Assembly (NCBI GenBank): GCA_030390025.1
Contig: CM059431.1
Location: forward strand, 104,100,001-104,164,000
Source: Squalus acanthias
Taxonomy: Eukaryota
Direction of reading: 5' to 3'
Length of the DNA: 64,000 nt
Shown here: piece by piece, positions 25,271 through 38,215 of the stretch
How the letters are laid out: each line of letters begins with the position of its first letter
Numbering within the stretch: position 1 is the stretch's first letter
Notes under the pieces: generated by a model
Seen by the model: only the letters and a program-made list of their open reading frames with translations
Databases searched by the model: none
What the model was told of the DNA's origin: nothing
Translations under genes and position numbers: made by a program

Positions 25271-25653
25271 AGCGAATCTCACCATGAGGGAATGTCAAGC
25301 GTGGCCAGCTGGAAAGGAAGCACATCACACTGAGGATTGTTCCAGTGTCGACAGTCTGTCTTTCAGACAGAGAATGATGCAATGAGCGTTGCTACATCTG
25401 CGGGTGTTTCCAAGTGACAGATGAATTTAGAAATCTACGGAAGGAGAATGAAGAAGGCGATGATAAAGCCTGCACATGGTATCTTCTGTTTTACTCCGGG
25501 AAACATGGGGAAGGGCTGGGTCTGATAATACAGGACGACACCAGGGTTGAACAGAATGAAAGAAGATGCTTTTATCAAGTAAAATCAACAGTGGTTATGT
25601 CATGGTCGCGCTAGGATTTTAAAAGCCTATCGATTGCAGCTATCTTAAATATA

Positions 25654-25865
25654 GGCCATGATGCGGAGATGCCGGTGTTGGACTGGGGTGGACAAAAGTG
25701 AGAAGTCGCACAACACCAGGTTATAGTCCAACAGCTTTATTTGAAATCACGAGCTTTCGGAGCGCTGCTCCTTCGTCAGGTCACCTGACGAAGGAGCAGC
25801 GCTCCGAAAGCTCGTGATTTCAAATAAAGCTGTTGGACTATAACCTGGTGTTGAGCGACTTCTCA
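25654..25865. mobile_element. Fold-back Penelope-type short insertion (family A)
   Basis: 12-bp TSD ATCTTAAATATA (25642-25653 / 25866-25877); near-perfect palindrome centred on 25782. Confidence 0.85.
25781..25817 (+). ncRNA. Minimal type I hammerhead ribozyme motif (mirror copy on minus strand, 25747-25783)
   Basis: TCAC-CTGACGA-A-GGAGC agc GCTCC-GAAA-GC-TC-GTGA: stem I, CUGANGA core, stem II, GAAA, palindromic AGCU, CUC triplet. Confidence 0.75.
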
Positions 25866-25939
25866 ATCTTAAATATACTCAGTTCTTAACGTTTGAGCCT
25901 AATAACAAATTTGGTTCATAATAAAATGGCAAGGTTAAA

Positions 25940-27152
25940 AAAGAAAAGACTTGCATTTCTATAGCGCCTTTCACAACCTCAGGACATCCCAAAGCACTTT
26001 ACAACCAATGAACTACTTTTGAAGTGTGGTCATTCGTGTAATGTAGGAAACACGGCAATTAAGCTCCCAAAAACAGTACTGTGATAATGACCAGATAATC
26101 TATTTTAGTGATGTTGGATTGAGGGATATATATCAGCCAGGAACCAGGGATATCTCCCCTGCTCTTCTTCAAAATAGCACCAGAGTATCTTTTAACTTCC
26201 ATTCAGAGGTTAGAGAGGGCCACGGTTTAACATCTCATCTGAAAGGCGGCATCTCTGACAGTGCAGCACTCCGTCAGTACTGCCTCTCCCACAGTGCAGC
26301 ACTCCCTCAGTACTGCCCCTCCCACAGTGCAGCACTCCCTCAGTACTGCCCCTCCCACAGTGCAGCACTCCCTCAGTACTGCCCCTCCCACAGTGCAGCA
26401 CTCCCTCAGTACTGCCCCTCCCACAGTGCAGCACTCCCTCAGTACTGCCCCTCCCACAGTGCAGCACTCCCTCAGTACTGCCCCTCAAAGTGCAGCACTC
26501 CCTCAGTAATGCCCCTCTGACAGTGCAGCACTCCCTCAGTACTGCCCCTCTGACAGTGCAGCACTCCCTCAGTACTGCCCCTCCAAAAGTGCAGCACTCC
26601 CTCAGTACTGCCCCTCCCACAGTGCGGCACTCCCTCAGTACTGCCCCTCTGACAGTGCAGCGCTCCTTCAGTACTGCCCCTCCGACAGTGCAGCACTCCC
26701 TCAGTACTGCCGCTCCGACAGTGCAACGCTCCCTCAGTACTGCCCCTCCAACAGTGCGGCGCTCCCTCAGTACTGCCCCTCCGACAGTGCAGTGTCCCTC
26801 AGTATTGACCCTCCGACAGTGCGGTGCTCCCTCAGTGCTGCCCCTCCGACAGTGCAGCGCTCCCTCAGTGCTGCCCCTCCGACAGTGCAGCGCTCCCTCA
26901 GTACTGCCCCTCCGACAGTGCAGTGCTCCCTCAGTACTGCCCCTCCGACAGTGCGGTGCTCCCTCAGTGCTGCCCCTCCGACAGTGCAGCGCTCCCTCAG
27001 TGCTGCCCCTCTGACAGTGCAGCGCTCCCTCAGTATTGCACTGGGAGTGCCAGCCTAGATTTTGTGCTGAAGTTCCATGGAGTGGGACTTGAACCAACAA
27101 TCATTGCGGGATTCAAAGGTGAGAGTGCTACCAACTGAGCCAAGGCTGACAC
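25940..27152 (-). mobile_element. Deu-domain SINE containing a minisatellite expansion
   Basis: SINE tail at about 25940, head at about 27150; array at 26255-27040. Confidence 0.85.
26255..27040. repeat. 33-bp minisatellite, about 24 copies
   Basis: Unit ACAGTGCAGCACTCCCTCAGTACTGCCCCTCC(C/G), which gives 11-aa repeats in the ORF track. Confidence 0.95.
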
Positions 27153-27409
27153 CACAAGGTACAAAAAGAACGCTCCTCACCACTGCAATGTTTTGCATCT
27201 TTACTCATCAGGTTGTGTTTATTATTTGAAGCCAATGAAAAGAAAGTAGATACAAAGAGAAATGGAGCAAATATAAAGAAACAGTAAAACAGATGCAATG
27301 AAAATAGAAAACGTGGGTGGAAAGATTAAAGATGAGTAACCATGCGTTAATGACAGGATTTAATGCAGTTTTCCTGTCTTGCCCATTAAAAAGCAAATGG
27401 CAGCCTTAA

Positions 27410-28530
27410 CTGTTTTAAGGAGCATCTTAAAGGAGGAGAGAGAGATAGCAGAGAGGTTTAGGGAGGGAATGCCAGAGCATTGGGCCCAGGCAGCTGAAGG
27501 CACGGCCGCCGATGGTGGAGCGATGAAAATCGGCAATATAAACAGAAAATGCTGGAAACACTCAGCAGGTCAGGCAGCATCTGTGGAGAGAGAAACAGAG
27601 TTAACGTTTCAGGTCAATGACCTTTCGTCAGGATTTATTCCTAAGGAGCCCACAGACCCCCAACCCCCCCGCTCCCCACCTGCACCCGCCCCCCCCGTGC
27701 GTGAATTGCTGAGATGTGACGCTCTGCGCAAACTCTTAAAATTGTTTGTAGACAGGATCTCTGGGCACTTTCAGAAAATCAGGGATACATAGAGACCAGA
27801 ATTGGAGGAGGGCAGGAGGCTACAGAGAGAGGGAGGGGGGCGAGGCCTTGGAGGGATGTGAAAACAAGGGATGAACATTTGAAAATTGAGGCGCTGCATA
27901 ACCGGGAGACAATGTAGTTCAGCGAGCATAGGGGTGATGGGCGAGCGGGACTTGGTGTGAGTCAGGACACGGGCAGCAGAGGTTTGGACCAACTCAAGTT
28001 TACGGAGGGTGCAAGTATGGAGGCTCCGCTACAGTTGCCAGATTCTAAAGTATACCCGGAAATGTCTGTATCTGGCTTGCCTGAGTGTTCAGGAGACCAT
28101 CTTCCAGTATCGAGGTCTCCCACATGACCAATTATTATTGAATGATGTTACTTCAGGTATACCCATGCTGCCACAGCTATGAACACAGTCAGCTGTCCAC
28201 AGGGAGTGCAGTTATGTGTAAAGCCCATTCATCTGTAGCCTTCCCTAAATCTATGCCATCTTTCAAAGAGAATTCCAGAGCTTGGGGCCCAGGCAGCTGA
28301 AAGCACGGCCGCCAATGGTTGAGCGATGGAAATCGAGGATGCTCAAGAGGCCAGAATTAGAGGAGCGCAGATATCTTGGTGGGTTGTGGCGCTGGAGGAG
28401 ATTACAGAGATAGGGAGGGGGCGAGGCCATTTGAAAACAAGGATGAGAATTTCAAAATCGAGGCATTTCTTAACTGGGAGCCAATGTAGGTCAGCCAGCA
28501 CATGGGGTGATGGATGAACGGGACTTGGTT
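27410..28530 (-). mobile_element. L2 fragments (about 27410-27535, 27775-28025, 28268-28530) with a Penelope pLTR piece (27540-27635)
   Basis: L2 motifs SAARVLT.TKSRSPITP.LA.LH.LPV; pLTR family B sequence. Confidence 0.75.
27599..27635 (-). ncRNA. Hammerhead-like motif, family B (stem I 5' strand degenerate)
   Basis: Minus strand CTGACGA-A-AGGTC att GACCT-GAAA-CG-TT-AACT. Confidence 0.6.
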
Positions 28531-29113
28531 CGAATCGGCCGGATTATGTATTGGACGTCTTCAAATATTTTGAGTTCATTCTTGTCCGCGGCAGCTTTTC
28601 ACTGACACCTTATTTCACTGTTACGTGCTTGATGATCTTATATTCTGGATATATTCCTGGCCCCATGCAGCTAAATTCTGCCAAGGGACTTCACGCTATT
28701 CCACCAACCTTTTCCAGAAATCAAGCTGTTAGCAAGGTTTGTTAAAGCCAATCTAATTATCCTAGAGGGAACACTCTATAATTCATGTCAGAACCCAGCG
28801 TGGGCTATAATATGAACAGGTTGTATCTTTCTGTCAAGTGACCATTTGGAATACTGACATGAATAATGGTGCCATTTTTGTTTCCCACTTAAACTTCAGT
28901 TATTCTGTCTCACGCTATTTACAGACACCGCTTTTTAACAGAAAGCGCATTTGCAAATGATTATTTTCTCAGTGCATGCAAATTAATTAGGTGATAAAAG
29001 CTGCAAAACCATGTAGGTCGGAGAGTGTGCAATTTTTTAAATTTTTGTTTGAAGGTGATGTTTGGTGAAACAAGGAATTCTAACAGAATATTGACTGCTG
29101 AGGTCAACGTATT

Positions 29114-29857
29114 GGCCCTGAATTTGCGGTTGGAGGCTTCCCGCGGGGAAAGGCCTCCGATCCGCAAATAAAATGCCCGCGTACCTGGGGCCTCAGGAGC
29201 CAGGGATACTCGCGGTCCTGGGGCTCTCCGGGTACCCGCGGGCAGAGGCCCACGTACCCCAGGGGCGCGGGCGGTTCATGTGGGCCGGCCCAACTAATGA
29301 AAGAAGGGGGATCCCCATTCATGCTTATGGGGATTCCGTACGTACAGAAACTCCATAAGTATGAATGGGGATCACATAAATAATACTCCTAGACATCAAA
29401 TAAATTCAAAAAAAAAATCACATATTTAAAATTAATTAAAATGGCATTTAATTAAATATTTAAATCAAAAAATTAATTTTTTGAAAAATAAATGTACATG
29501 TTTTAAAGGGGCTAAAAATAAACTTACCTCATTGAACAATTTTTTAAATGTATAAATTATTGATAAAATATTATTTTTCTGTTTTTCAAAACTCTTACGC
29601 TGTTAAAAGCAGGCTTTACTCCTGCTTTCACCAAGTGTAAGAATTTCACGGGCCATATGCTGGGCAGCAGTTGGGCAAATAGCCCGACTCTCCGCCCGCG
29701 GAGGCCCTTTTCCCAGGGATGGCTATGATCCGTCAAGAGGATTCTTGACAGATCGCAAGTCCCGAGTTTTAGCGCATGCCCAAACCCGGAACTCGCGCGA
29801 CCCCTACGGGCGCGTATGCACCTCGTACACACTCGTAGGGGCCGCAAGTTACGGCCC
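29114..29857. mobile_element. Harbinger-type MITE
   Basis: ATT TSD on both sides; termini GGCCCTGAATTTGCGG / CCGCAAGTTACGGCCC. Confidence 0.85.
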
Positions 29858-29999
29858 ATTAAGTAATTAGGAGTGTAACAGCCATTCAGTGTGCACTATG
29901 TACACTGGCATGTGTACTCTAACTGCAAATTTGTAAATCCTAGTCGAAGCTGAGCGTATTTGTAGGCTAAAGAATAAATATTTTCTTTGTAATGTTTTT

Positions 30000-30870
30000 G
30001 CCTCTCCTCTGAGTCAGAACATTGTGGGTTCAAGTCCCACTCCAGAGACTTGAGCACAAAAATATCGGCTGACACTCCAGTGCAGTACTGAGGGAGTGCT
30101 GCACTGTCAGAGGGGCAGTACTGAGGGAGTGCGGCACTGTCGGAGGGGCAGTACTGAGAGAGCACTGCACTGTCGGAGGGGCAGTACTGAGGGAGTGCTG
30201 CACTGTCAGAGGGGCAGTACTGAGGGAGTGCTGCACTGTCAGAGGGGCGGTACTGAGGGAGCGCCGCACTGTCAGAGGGGTAGTACTGAGGGAGCGCCGC
30301 ACTGTCGGAGGGGCAGTACTGAGGGAGAGCTGCACTGTCAGAGGGGCAGTAGTGAGGGAGCGCTGCACTGTCGGAGGGGCAGTACTGAGGGAGCGCTGCA
30401 CTGTCGGAGGGTCAGTACTGAGGGAGCGCTGCACTGTCGGTGGGGCGGTACTGAGGGAGTGCTGCACTGTCGGAGGAGCAGTACTGAGGGAGCGCCGCAC
30501 TGTCAGAGGAGGAGTACTGAGGGAGTGCTGCACTGTCGAAGGTGCCATCTTTCGGATGAGACATTAAACCGAGGCCCCGTTTGCCCTCTCAGGTGGACAT
30601 AAAAGATCCCACGGCACATTTTCGAAGAAGAGCTGGGGAGTTCTCCCCGGTGTCCTGGACCAATATTTATCCCTCAATCAGCATCACTAAAACAGATTAT
30701 CTGGTCATTATGTCATTGCTGTTTGTGGGAGCTTGCTGTGTGTAAATTGGCTGCTGCGTTTCCTACATTACAACAGTGACTACACTTCAAAAGTACTTCA
30801 TTGGCTGTAAAGCGCTTTGGGACATCCAGTGGTCGTGAAAGGCGCTATATAAATGTAAGTTTTTCTTTTG
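30000..30870 (+). mobile_element. Deu-domain SINE with an internal 33-bp minisatellite (about 30083-30540, about 14 copies)
   Basis: Unit GCAGTACTGAGGGAGTGCTGCACTGTCGGAGGG sits at the same SINE position as the 26-kb array. Confidence 0.9.
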
Positions 30871-31272
30871 TTCTCCTCCTTTTGTCCCTTTCTCTATATG
30901 ATTATCTTTTCCTTTTCAAAAGCAAAAAAGACTCACTTAACACATTTATCATTTATAAAAAAAAAGAATAAATATTAATTCACAGCTGAAAATAATTGTG
31001 AAAAGCCATGGGAAACCTACATTTTTATCTTTCTCTCTGTATTAATGTTTGTGATCTGTAGACGCAAAACAATAACCCTGGCTTGAATTCACTTTCAGTT
31101 AACACTCCATTTCGCTTTATAGCAAATTGTTATAGAAGGTCAAAGAAAACTAAATCAAGATTAATTTAAAAATATACTAAGTTAATACTGTCTGAGTTAT
31201 CTTATACTGAAGGGTAATCATTGAAGAACATTCAGTCAGATGCAAGGTACTGAACATCGACCTGAACACTTT

Positions 31273-31994
31273 GGGCCGTAACTTGCGCCCCCTACGGGTG
31301 CGTACGAGGTGCACACGCGCCCGTAGGGGCCGCGCAAGTTCCGGGTTTAGGCATGCGCGAAAACCCGGAACTTGCGTTCTGTCAAGAAGCTTGACAGATC
31401 CTCCACATCCCCGGGAGATGGGCCTCTGCGGGTGGAGAGTTGCGCTATTTGCCCAGCGAATGCCCGTGAAATTCTTACGCACGGTAAAAGCAGGAGTAAG
31501 GCCTACTTTTACCAGCGTAAGAGTTTAAAAAAACATAAAGAAATTTTTTTTCAATCATTTATACATTTACAAACCTGTACAACAAGGTAAGTTTATTTTT
31601 AGCCCCTTTAAAACATATATATTTATTTTTCAAAATTAATTTTTTGTTTTAAATATTTAATTAAATGCCATGTAATTTTTTTAAATGTATTTGATGTCGA
31701 GGTATATTTTTGGGGGTAATTCCCATTCATACTTATGGGGTTTCTGTACGCAGGGAATCCCCTTAAGTATGAATGGGGATCCCCCTTCTTTCATTCGTTG
31801 GTCCAGCCCACATGATCCCAGTGGCGCTCGCGAAATGCCTGCACCCCTGGGGTACGTGGGCCTCTGCCCGCGGGTACCCGGACAGCCCCAGGACCGCGAG
31901 TCTCCGTGGATCCCGAGGCCCCAGGTACGCGGGCATTTTATTTGTGGATCGGAGGCATTTCCCCGCGGGACGCCTCCAACACAAATTCAGGGCC
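31273..31994. mobile_element. Harbinger-type MITE, inverted relative to 29114-29857
   Basis: Colinear reverse complement of the 29-kb copy; termini GGGCCGTAACTTGCG / CAAATTCAGGGCC; flanks TTT/AAT do not match. Confidence 0.85.
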
Positions 31995-32036
31995 AATGCT
32001 TCAGCATTAACATTGTCTTTTGCCTCGTTAATTGGT

Positions 32037-32610
32037 TGGACCACACTTGGAATGCTGTGCTCAGTTCTGGTCTTCATAATAAAAAAAAAAAGGGTTTAGA
32101 GGCACTGGGGAAGGTGCAAAAAAGATTTACAAGAATGATCTCAGGACTGAGAGGTTAGACCCATCAGGAAAGTTTGAACAAGCTGGGGCTCTTTTCTCTA
32201 GAAAAGGGAAGGCTGAGGGGTGACCTGATAGAGGTCTTTAAGATTATGAAAGGGTATGATAAGGTAGAAGTAGAGAAGATGCTTCCACTTGTGGGGGAGT
32301 CCAAAACTAGAAACCGTAAATATAAGATAGTCACTAATAAATCCAATAGGGAATTCAGGAGAAACTTCTTTACCCAGAGAGTGGTGAGAATGTGGAACTC
32401 GCTACCACAGGGAGTGGTTGAGGCGGATAGCATAGGAGCATTTAAGGGGAGGCTAGATATGTACATGAGGGAGAAAGGAATAGAAGGATGTGCTGATAGG
32501 TTGAGATAATGAGGGGTGGGAGGAGGCTCGAGTGGAGCATGAACACCAACATAGGCCAGTTGGGTCGAATGGCCTATTTCTGTGCTGTAAATTCTATGGA
32601 ATTCTATTTT
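32037..32610 (+). mobile_element. CR1 3' fragment
   Basis: LGLFSLEKGRLRGDLIEVFKIMKG..FRRNFFTQRVVRMWNSLP; TTCTATG tail. Confidence 0.92.
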
Positions 32611-33353
32611 ATAAGATGAGGCTGAACAGTTTGGATGTCGACAGTATGGAGCAGAAGCAGTTCTATTGTAATTCTTAATGTAACCCAGCATCACTTGTCA
32701 ATTTTTAAAAAGCAGATTAACATAATTTCACTCTTGGATCAATGATTGCAGGCAGCTTAGAATCATTAACGTAGTTTAGAACACGAACTATTCCATTTGT
32801 GGCATAGAACAGGAGAATTCTCAACAAGAAAATAGCCAGTCAGCGTGGAAATTTAGGTGATGTGCAATTTATTTATACTTGTAGTTTATTATCAGACCAT
32901 CTAATAATCAGTCTCTGTGTAAAAATGATTGCATTGCATGCTTAATCTCAACAATGATGGCAAAATCCAAGTGTTGCAGTTGCAACACAGACCAATCCTT
33001 GCATTCTCAGAATTTTAAATAGATTTAGAAACTTCAGCCCCATGATCTGCGGTCATTCATCAAACGTAATTCGAGTTCAATAACACCGCCGGTTTCAAAA
33101 CCCAAAGCTGAAGATAAAGATTGATAATGGAAACATATCCTTGATTTTCAGCTTTATATTTCCACGCTCAGTGAGTCAGCCCACAGTATTTCCTTCCTGG
33201 TAAGCAAAAAGAAAGCATCATTGAACAGTGACAAGACTCCGTCATAACATCAGTGCCTGAAGGAAGGTATCAAAGTGGATGTGCGTCCTGCATTTTTTGA
33301 ATCATGGAGAAATGCTTCATTGCATTTTAAGCGACACTTTGCAGTTTAGCCTC

Positions 33354-33938
33354 TCTCTCTTTCTCTCTTAGGCAGTCCCTCGGAACCGAGGATGACTTGC
33401 TTCCACACTAAAAATGAGTTCTCAGGTGACTGATGAGTCCAATGCGGGACCTACAGTCTCTGTCACAGGTGGGGCAGACGGTGGTTGAAGGGGCGGGTGG
33501 GTGGGGTGCTTGGGTTGACGTGCGCTCTTTCCGCTGTTTGCGCTTAGCTTCCGCTTGCTCCCGGCGAAGAGACTCGAGGTGTTCAGCGCCTTCCCGGACG
33601 CTTCTCCTCCACTTTGTGCGGTCTTGGGCCAGGGATTCCCAGGTGTTGCACTTTTTCCAAGGAGGCTTTGAGGGTGTCCTTGAAGCGTTTCCTCTGCCCA
33701 CCTGGGGCTCTCTTGCCGGGTTGGAGCTCCGAGGAGAGCGCTTGATTTGGGAGTCTCGTATCGGGCATGCGGACGATGTGACTCGTCCATTGGAGCTGAT
33801 CGAGCGTGGTCAAAGCTTCGATGCTGGGGATGTTGGCCTGAGCGAGAACACTGTCTTTGGTGCGCCTATCCTGCCAATGGATTTGCAGGATCTTGCGGAG
33901 GCAGCGTTGGTGGTACCTCTCCAGTGCTCTGAGGTGCC
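33354..33938 (-). mobile_element. RTE-clade (BovB-like) LINE 3' end
   Basis: LERYHQRCLRKILQIHWQD..LQW.SHIVRMPDTRLP..GGQRKRFKD..WESLAQDRTKWR..CPTCDRDCRSRIGLISHLRTH; TAGCCTC direct repeats at 33347 and 33939. Confidence 0.9.
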
Positions 33939-34499
33939 TAGCCTCACGCACCCATTGACAACATGGCTTATTCAACCTGGCATTTTGGTTCAAAATCTTA
34001 GATTTTATATTGTCAAAGCTTTATTTACAAATGTAATTCAGGGCTTTGTGTCAGAGAAAGAAAACGATACACGATACCAGAGAAAGTAATCAGCAATTCT
34101 AAATTGTTAAATATGCTGCGGAAACAAGTGACTTTAATTGATTGCATATATTAATTAGATTCATACATGTGTTGCGGCTGATTAATTCACATATTTACAC
34201 ATATGGCGCAGACAGCAGGGCTTCTAATATATTTTGCTTCCATTGATTTCAGAGTAAATTATTGTTTCACCGTAAATAATCAGGTAACCAAAATAGAACG
34301 TTTAATGTGATCAGCACAGAGTGAATAATTAGAAGTAAATGCAGATGTGTTCCTCCAGTTTCCTTCATCCTTCCACAGTTTGTATATTATGGATTGGTAA
34401 TCCAAAGGGAATTCACAGACGTGGAATAAGGGAAAGGTCAGATGATAGGTGCACCAGAAAGATGCACTGAAGCAAAATAGAGTAGCAGAGAAGATAAAA

Positions 34500-34835
34500 C
34501 AATTCTCATCCTCATGTTCCAAACCCCTCCACCTCACCCCCTCCCTATCTCTGTAACCTCCTCCAGCCATACAACCCTCCGAGATCTCTGCGCTCCTCCC
34601 ATTATGGCCTCTTGTTCATCCCCCACTTCCTTTGCCCCACCATTGGCGGCTGTGCCTTCAGCTGCCGAGGCTCTAAACGTTGCAAATTCCCTCCCTAAAT
34701 CTCTCCGCCTCTCTGCCTCTCTCCCTTCCTTTAAGATGCTCCTTAAAACCTATCTCTTTGACCAAGCTTTTGGACACCTGTCCTAATGTCTCCTGATGTG
34801 ACTCGGTGTCAAATTTTGTCTGATTACACTCCTGT
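34500..34835 (+). mobile_element. L2 3' fragment
   Basis: NSLPKSLRLS..FKMLLKTYLFDQAF. Confidence 0.85.
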
Positions 34836-35365
34836 GTCAGGAGTGTTATGGAATACTCTCCACTTGCCTGGATGAGTGCAGCTCCAACAACACTCAAGAA
34901 CCTTGACACCATCCAGGACAAAGCAGCCCGCTTGATTGGCACCCCATCCGCCATCTTAAACATTCACTCCCTCCACCACCGGCGTACCGTGGCTGCAGTG
35001 TGTACCATCTACAAGATGCACTGCAGCAACTTGCCAAGGCTTTTTTGGCAGCACCTCCCAAACCCGCGACCTCTTCCACCTAGAAGGACAAAGGCAGCAG
35101 GCGCATGGGAACTCCACCACCTCCAAGTTCCCCACCAAGTCACACACCATCCTGACTTAGAAGTATGTCGCCGATCCTTCATCGTCACTGGATCAAACTC
35201 CTGGAACTCCCTACCTAACAGCACTGTGAGAGTACCTTCACCACACGGACTGCAGCGGTTCAAGAAAGCGGCTCACCACCACCTTCTCAAGGACAATTAG
35301 GGATGGGCAATAAATGCTGGCCTTGCCAGCAACGCCCACATCTCATAAACAAATAAAAATAAAAC
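34836..35365 (+). mobile_element. LINE 3' end, CR1/L2/Jockey group (clade uncertain); further copies at about 35810-36210 and 37690-38215
   Basis: MEYSPLAWMSAAPTTLKNLDTIQDKAARLIG..SLHHRRTVAAVCTIYKMH..WNSLP..FKKAAHHHL, followed by AATAAA and an A-rich tail. Confidence 0.85.
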
Positions 35366-37689
35366 ACAAACGGTAGTGGAAATCTGGACCTCTCTCCCTC
35401 ATAAAGCTGTTGAGGCCAGGGGTCAATTGAAAATTTCAAAACTGAGATTGCTAAGATTTTTGTTGGGTAAGGGTATTAAAGGTTACGGAACCAAGGCAGG
35501 GAGATGGAGTTAAGATACAGATCAGACTTGATCTAATTGAATGGCGGAACAGGCTCGAGGGGCTGAATGGCCTCCTCCTGTTCTTATGATCCTAGAATGG
35601 AGGGGGTGCTTCACTGTTGGAGCTGATGTCTTTCAGACGAGATGTTAAACTGAAGACCCGTTTGCTCTCTCAGGGAGATACAAACAATCCCATAGCACTA
35701 TTCTAAGAAGAGGAGGGAGTTTTATCCCTCAATGAACACCATCAAAAACAGATTTATGTCATTGCTATCTGTGGAATTTTGCTAGGCAAAAGCTGGATGT
35801 TGTGTTAGCCAACACTCCCTCCACCACCGGTGCACCGTGGCTTAAGTGTGTACCATCTACAAGATGCACTGCTGCAACTCGCCAAGGCTTCTTCGGCAGC
35901 ACCTCCCAAACCCGCGACCTCCAGCATCTAGAAGGACAAGGGCAGCAGGTGCATGGGAACACCACCACCTCCAGGTACCCCTCCAAGTTACACCCCAACA
36001 TGACTCGGAAATATATTGGCCGTTCCTTCGTCATCGCTGGGTCAAAATCCTGGAACTCCCTCCCTAACAGCACTGTGGGAGCACCTTCACCACACGGACT
36101 GTAGTGGTTCAAGAATGCGGCTCACCACCACCTTCTCAAGGGCAACTAGGGATGGGTAATAAATGCCAGACTCGCTAATGACGCCGATATCCTGAGAATG
36201 ATATATATATTTTTTTTAAAGCAGCCATTTTGCACACAGCAAGATCCCACAGATAGCAATGCGATAAATGACCAGCTAATCTGTTTTTAGTGTTAAGGGA
36301 TAAATGATACCCAGGTTACCAGTAGAACTCCCATACTCTTCTTTGAATAGTGCCGTGGGAATCATTTACATCCTCCCAAGAGGGCAAATGGAGCCTCAGC
36401 TTAATGTCCTGTCCGAAAGATGGCATCGCCTACAGGGCAGCATTCGCTCAGTACTGCACTGAAACAGTGGCTCACACGCAAGAAGAATGGCCATTTGAAT
36501 AAGGTCCTAAAGTTATACTGGTGCTTGTAGAACTGTAACCCAGTAGGATGCAAGCTTTCAGAAAAGGAAGGGAGAAGATTGAGAAGAGAGGAATTAAATA
36601 GAATGTTAATTGTATTGCAGCAAAATGTTATGCTTATAGATGCTAACAAAAACATTCTAGTGCTAGATTCTTCAACTCTGCTTCAATTGGTATCAAAAAA
36701 TACTTCCAGCCTTTTCAATGACATTGATCGATGCTTGTGTAAACTACAAGTGAAGCAGCAAATTTGCTTATACATGTGATAGAAAAACAAATCTTGTTCA
36801 CCCATTTAATGTCCCAGGAAGCTATCACTGATATCCAGACTGAAGGATTAACAACTGTATTGTAATCAGTGTTTACTGAATGATAAGCAATAGCTGATTG
36901 CCCCCCCAAAAAATTACACTGTCAGTACATATTATAAAAAAGATGAATTACTCGATGGTGTTAACATCATTTCAATGGGAGATTACGGTTGCTCGGGGGA
37001 AGAGGAGTCCTGCACAGCCATGCATCATATTCATTGCAATAACATCTCACAACAGATACATGTTGATGCTTCCCAATTCTAATTACATCACGATATCATG
37101 CATTTATTAAAACATAATAGTTCTCATGACAAAGTACCCCTTTAATTGAAAAGAATAATCTGTCATAGTTAACCAACCTGCTATTCCTCCATTAGACCCA
37201 TTACTTAAACTTGCACATTGATCATGCAGAATATTAAATAATACAGACTAGTTCCATCGTTCATGACTATTTGTGCTGGAAAATGACTTTCATATAGGAT
37301 ACAACATCGATCTCATTAAATGTAGATAACCTAATTAAAGCACATTATTTGAACAGGATTACAATAAAAGAGAAACATATTACTGTACAGTACCTCTTAA
37401 ATCCCGAATGCTTTAAAGCCATATTACTCTGGTTACCATATTTCACGCCTTACAATTGATGTCTGGAAACAGTTGCACAAGGGATAGTTTTGCGAGGCAC
37501 TGCTCCCAGCATGGAGTCTCACTCGACGGGAGTGCAGGTCAAAGTTTCAACCCAATAGTGTCATAACCCTAACTACATTCTGCGCTTCATTTACCATAAT
37601 GCCAAGTAGGGAGCAGAGTCTTGCCAAATTACCCTTTCTTGTATAGAACTTCTTCTGATTAACATGAAGTTCTGCTGCGGTGGATATTA

Positions 37690-38215
37690 TCAGTCAGTGA
37701 TGGAATACTCTCCACTTGCCTGGATGAGTGCAGCTCCAACAACACTCAAGAGGATCGACACCATCCAGGACAAAGCAGCCCGCTTGATTGGCACCCCATC
37801 CACCGCCTTATACATTCACTCCCTCCACCGCCAGCGTACCGTGGCTGCAGTGTGTACCCTCTACACGATGCACTGCAGCAACTCGCCAAGGCTTCTCGGG
37901 CAGCACCTCCCAAACCCACGACCTCTTCCACCTAGAAGGACAAAGGCAGCAGGCGCATGGGAACACCATCACCTCCAAGTTCCCCTCCAAGTCACACACC
38001 ATCCTGACTTAGAAGTATATCGGCCATTGCTTCATCGTCACTGGGTCAAAATCCTGGAACTCCCTCCCTAACAGCACTGTGGGAGCACCTTCAACACACG
38101 GACTGCAGCGGTTCAAGAAGGCGGCTCTCAGCACTACCTTCTCGAGGGCAACTAGGGATGGGCAATAAATGCTGGCCTTGCCAGCGACGCCCACATCCCA
38201 TAAGTGAATAAAAAT
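37690..38215 (+). mobile_element. Same LINE family, 3' end
   Basis: SVMEYSPLAWMSAAPTTLKRIDTIQDKAARLIG; A-rich tail. Confidence 0.85.

Noticed and set aside
26255..27040. CRISPR-like array
   Set aside because: Head-to-tail units with no unique spacers, no cas genes, and a vertebrate context.
26119..27138. Long Cys/His-rich repetitive ORFs, also at 30030-30602
   Set aside because: Translations of the 33-bp minisatellite, open in several frames on both strands; not zinc-finger genes.
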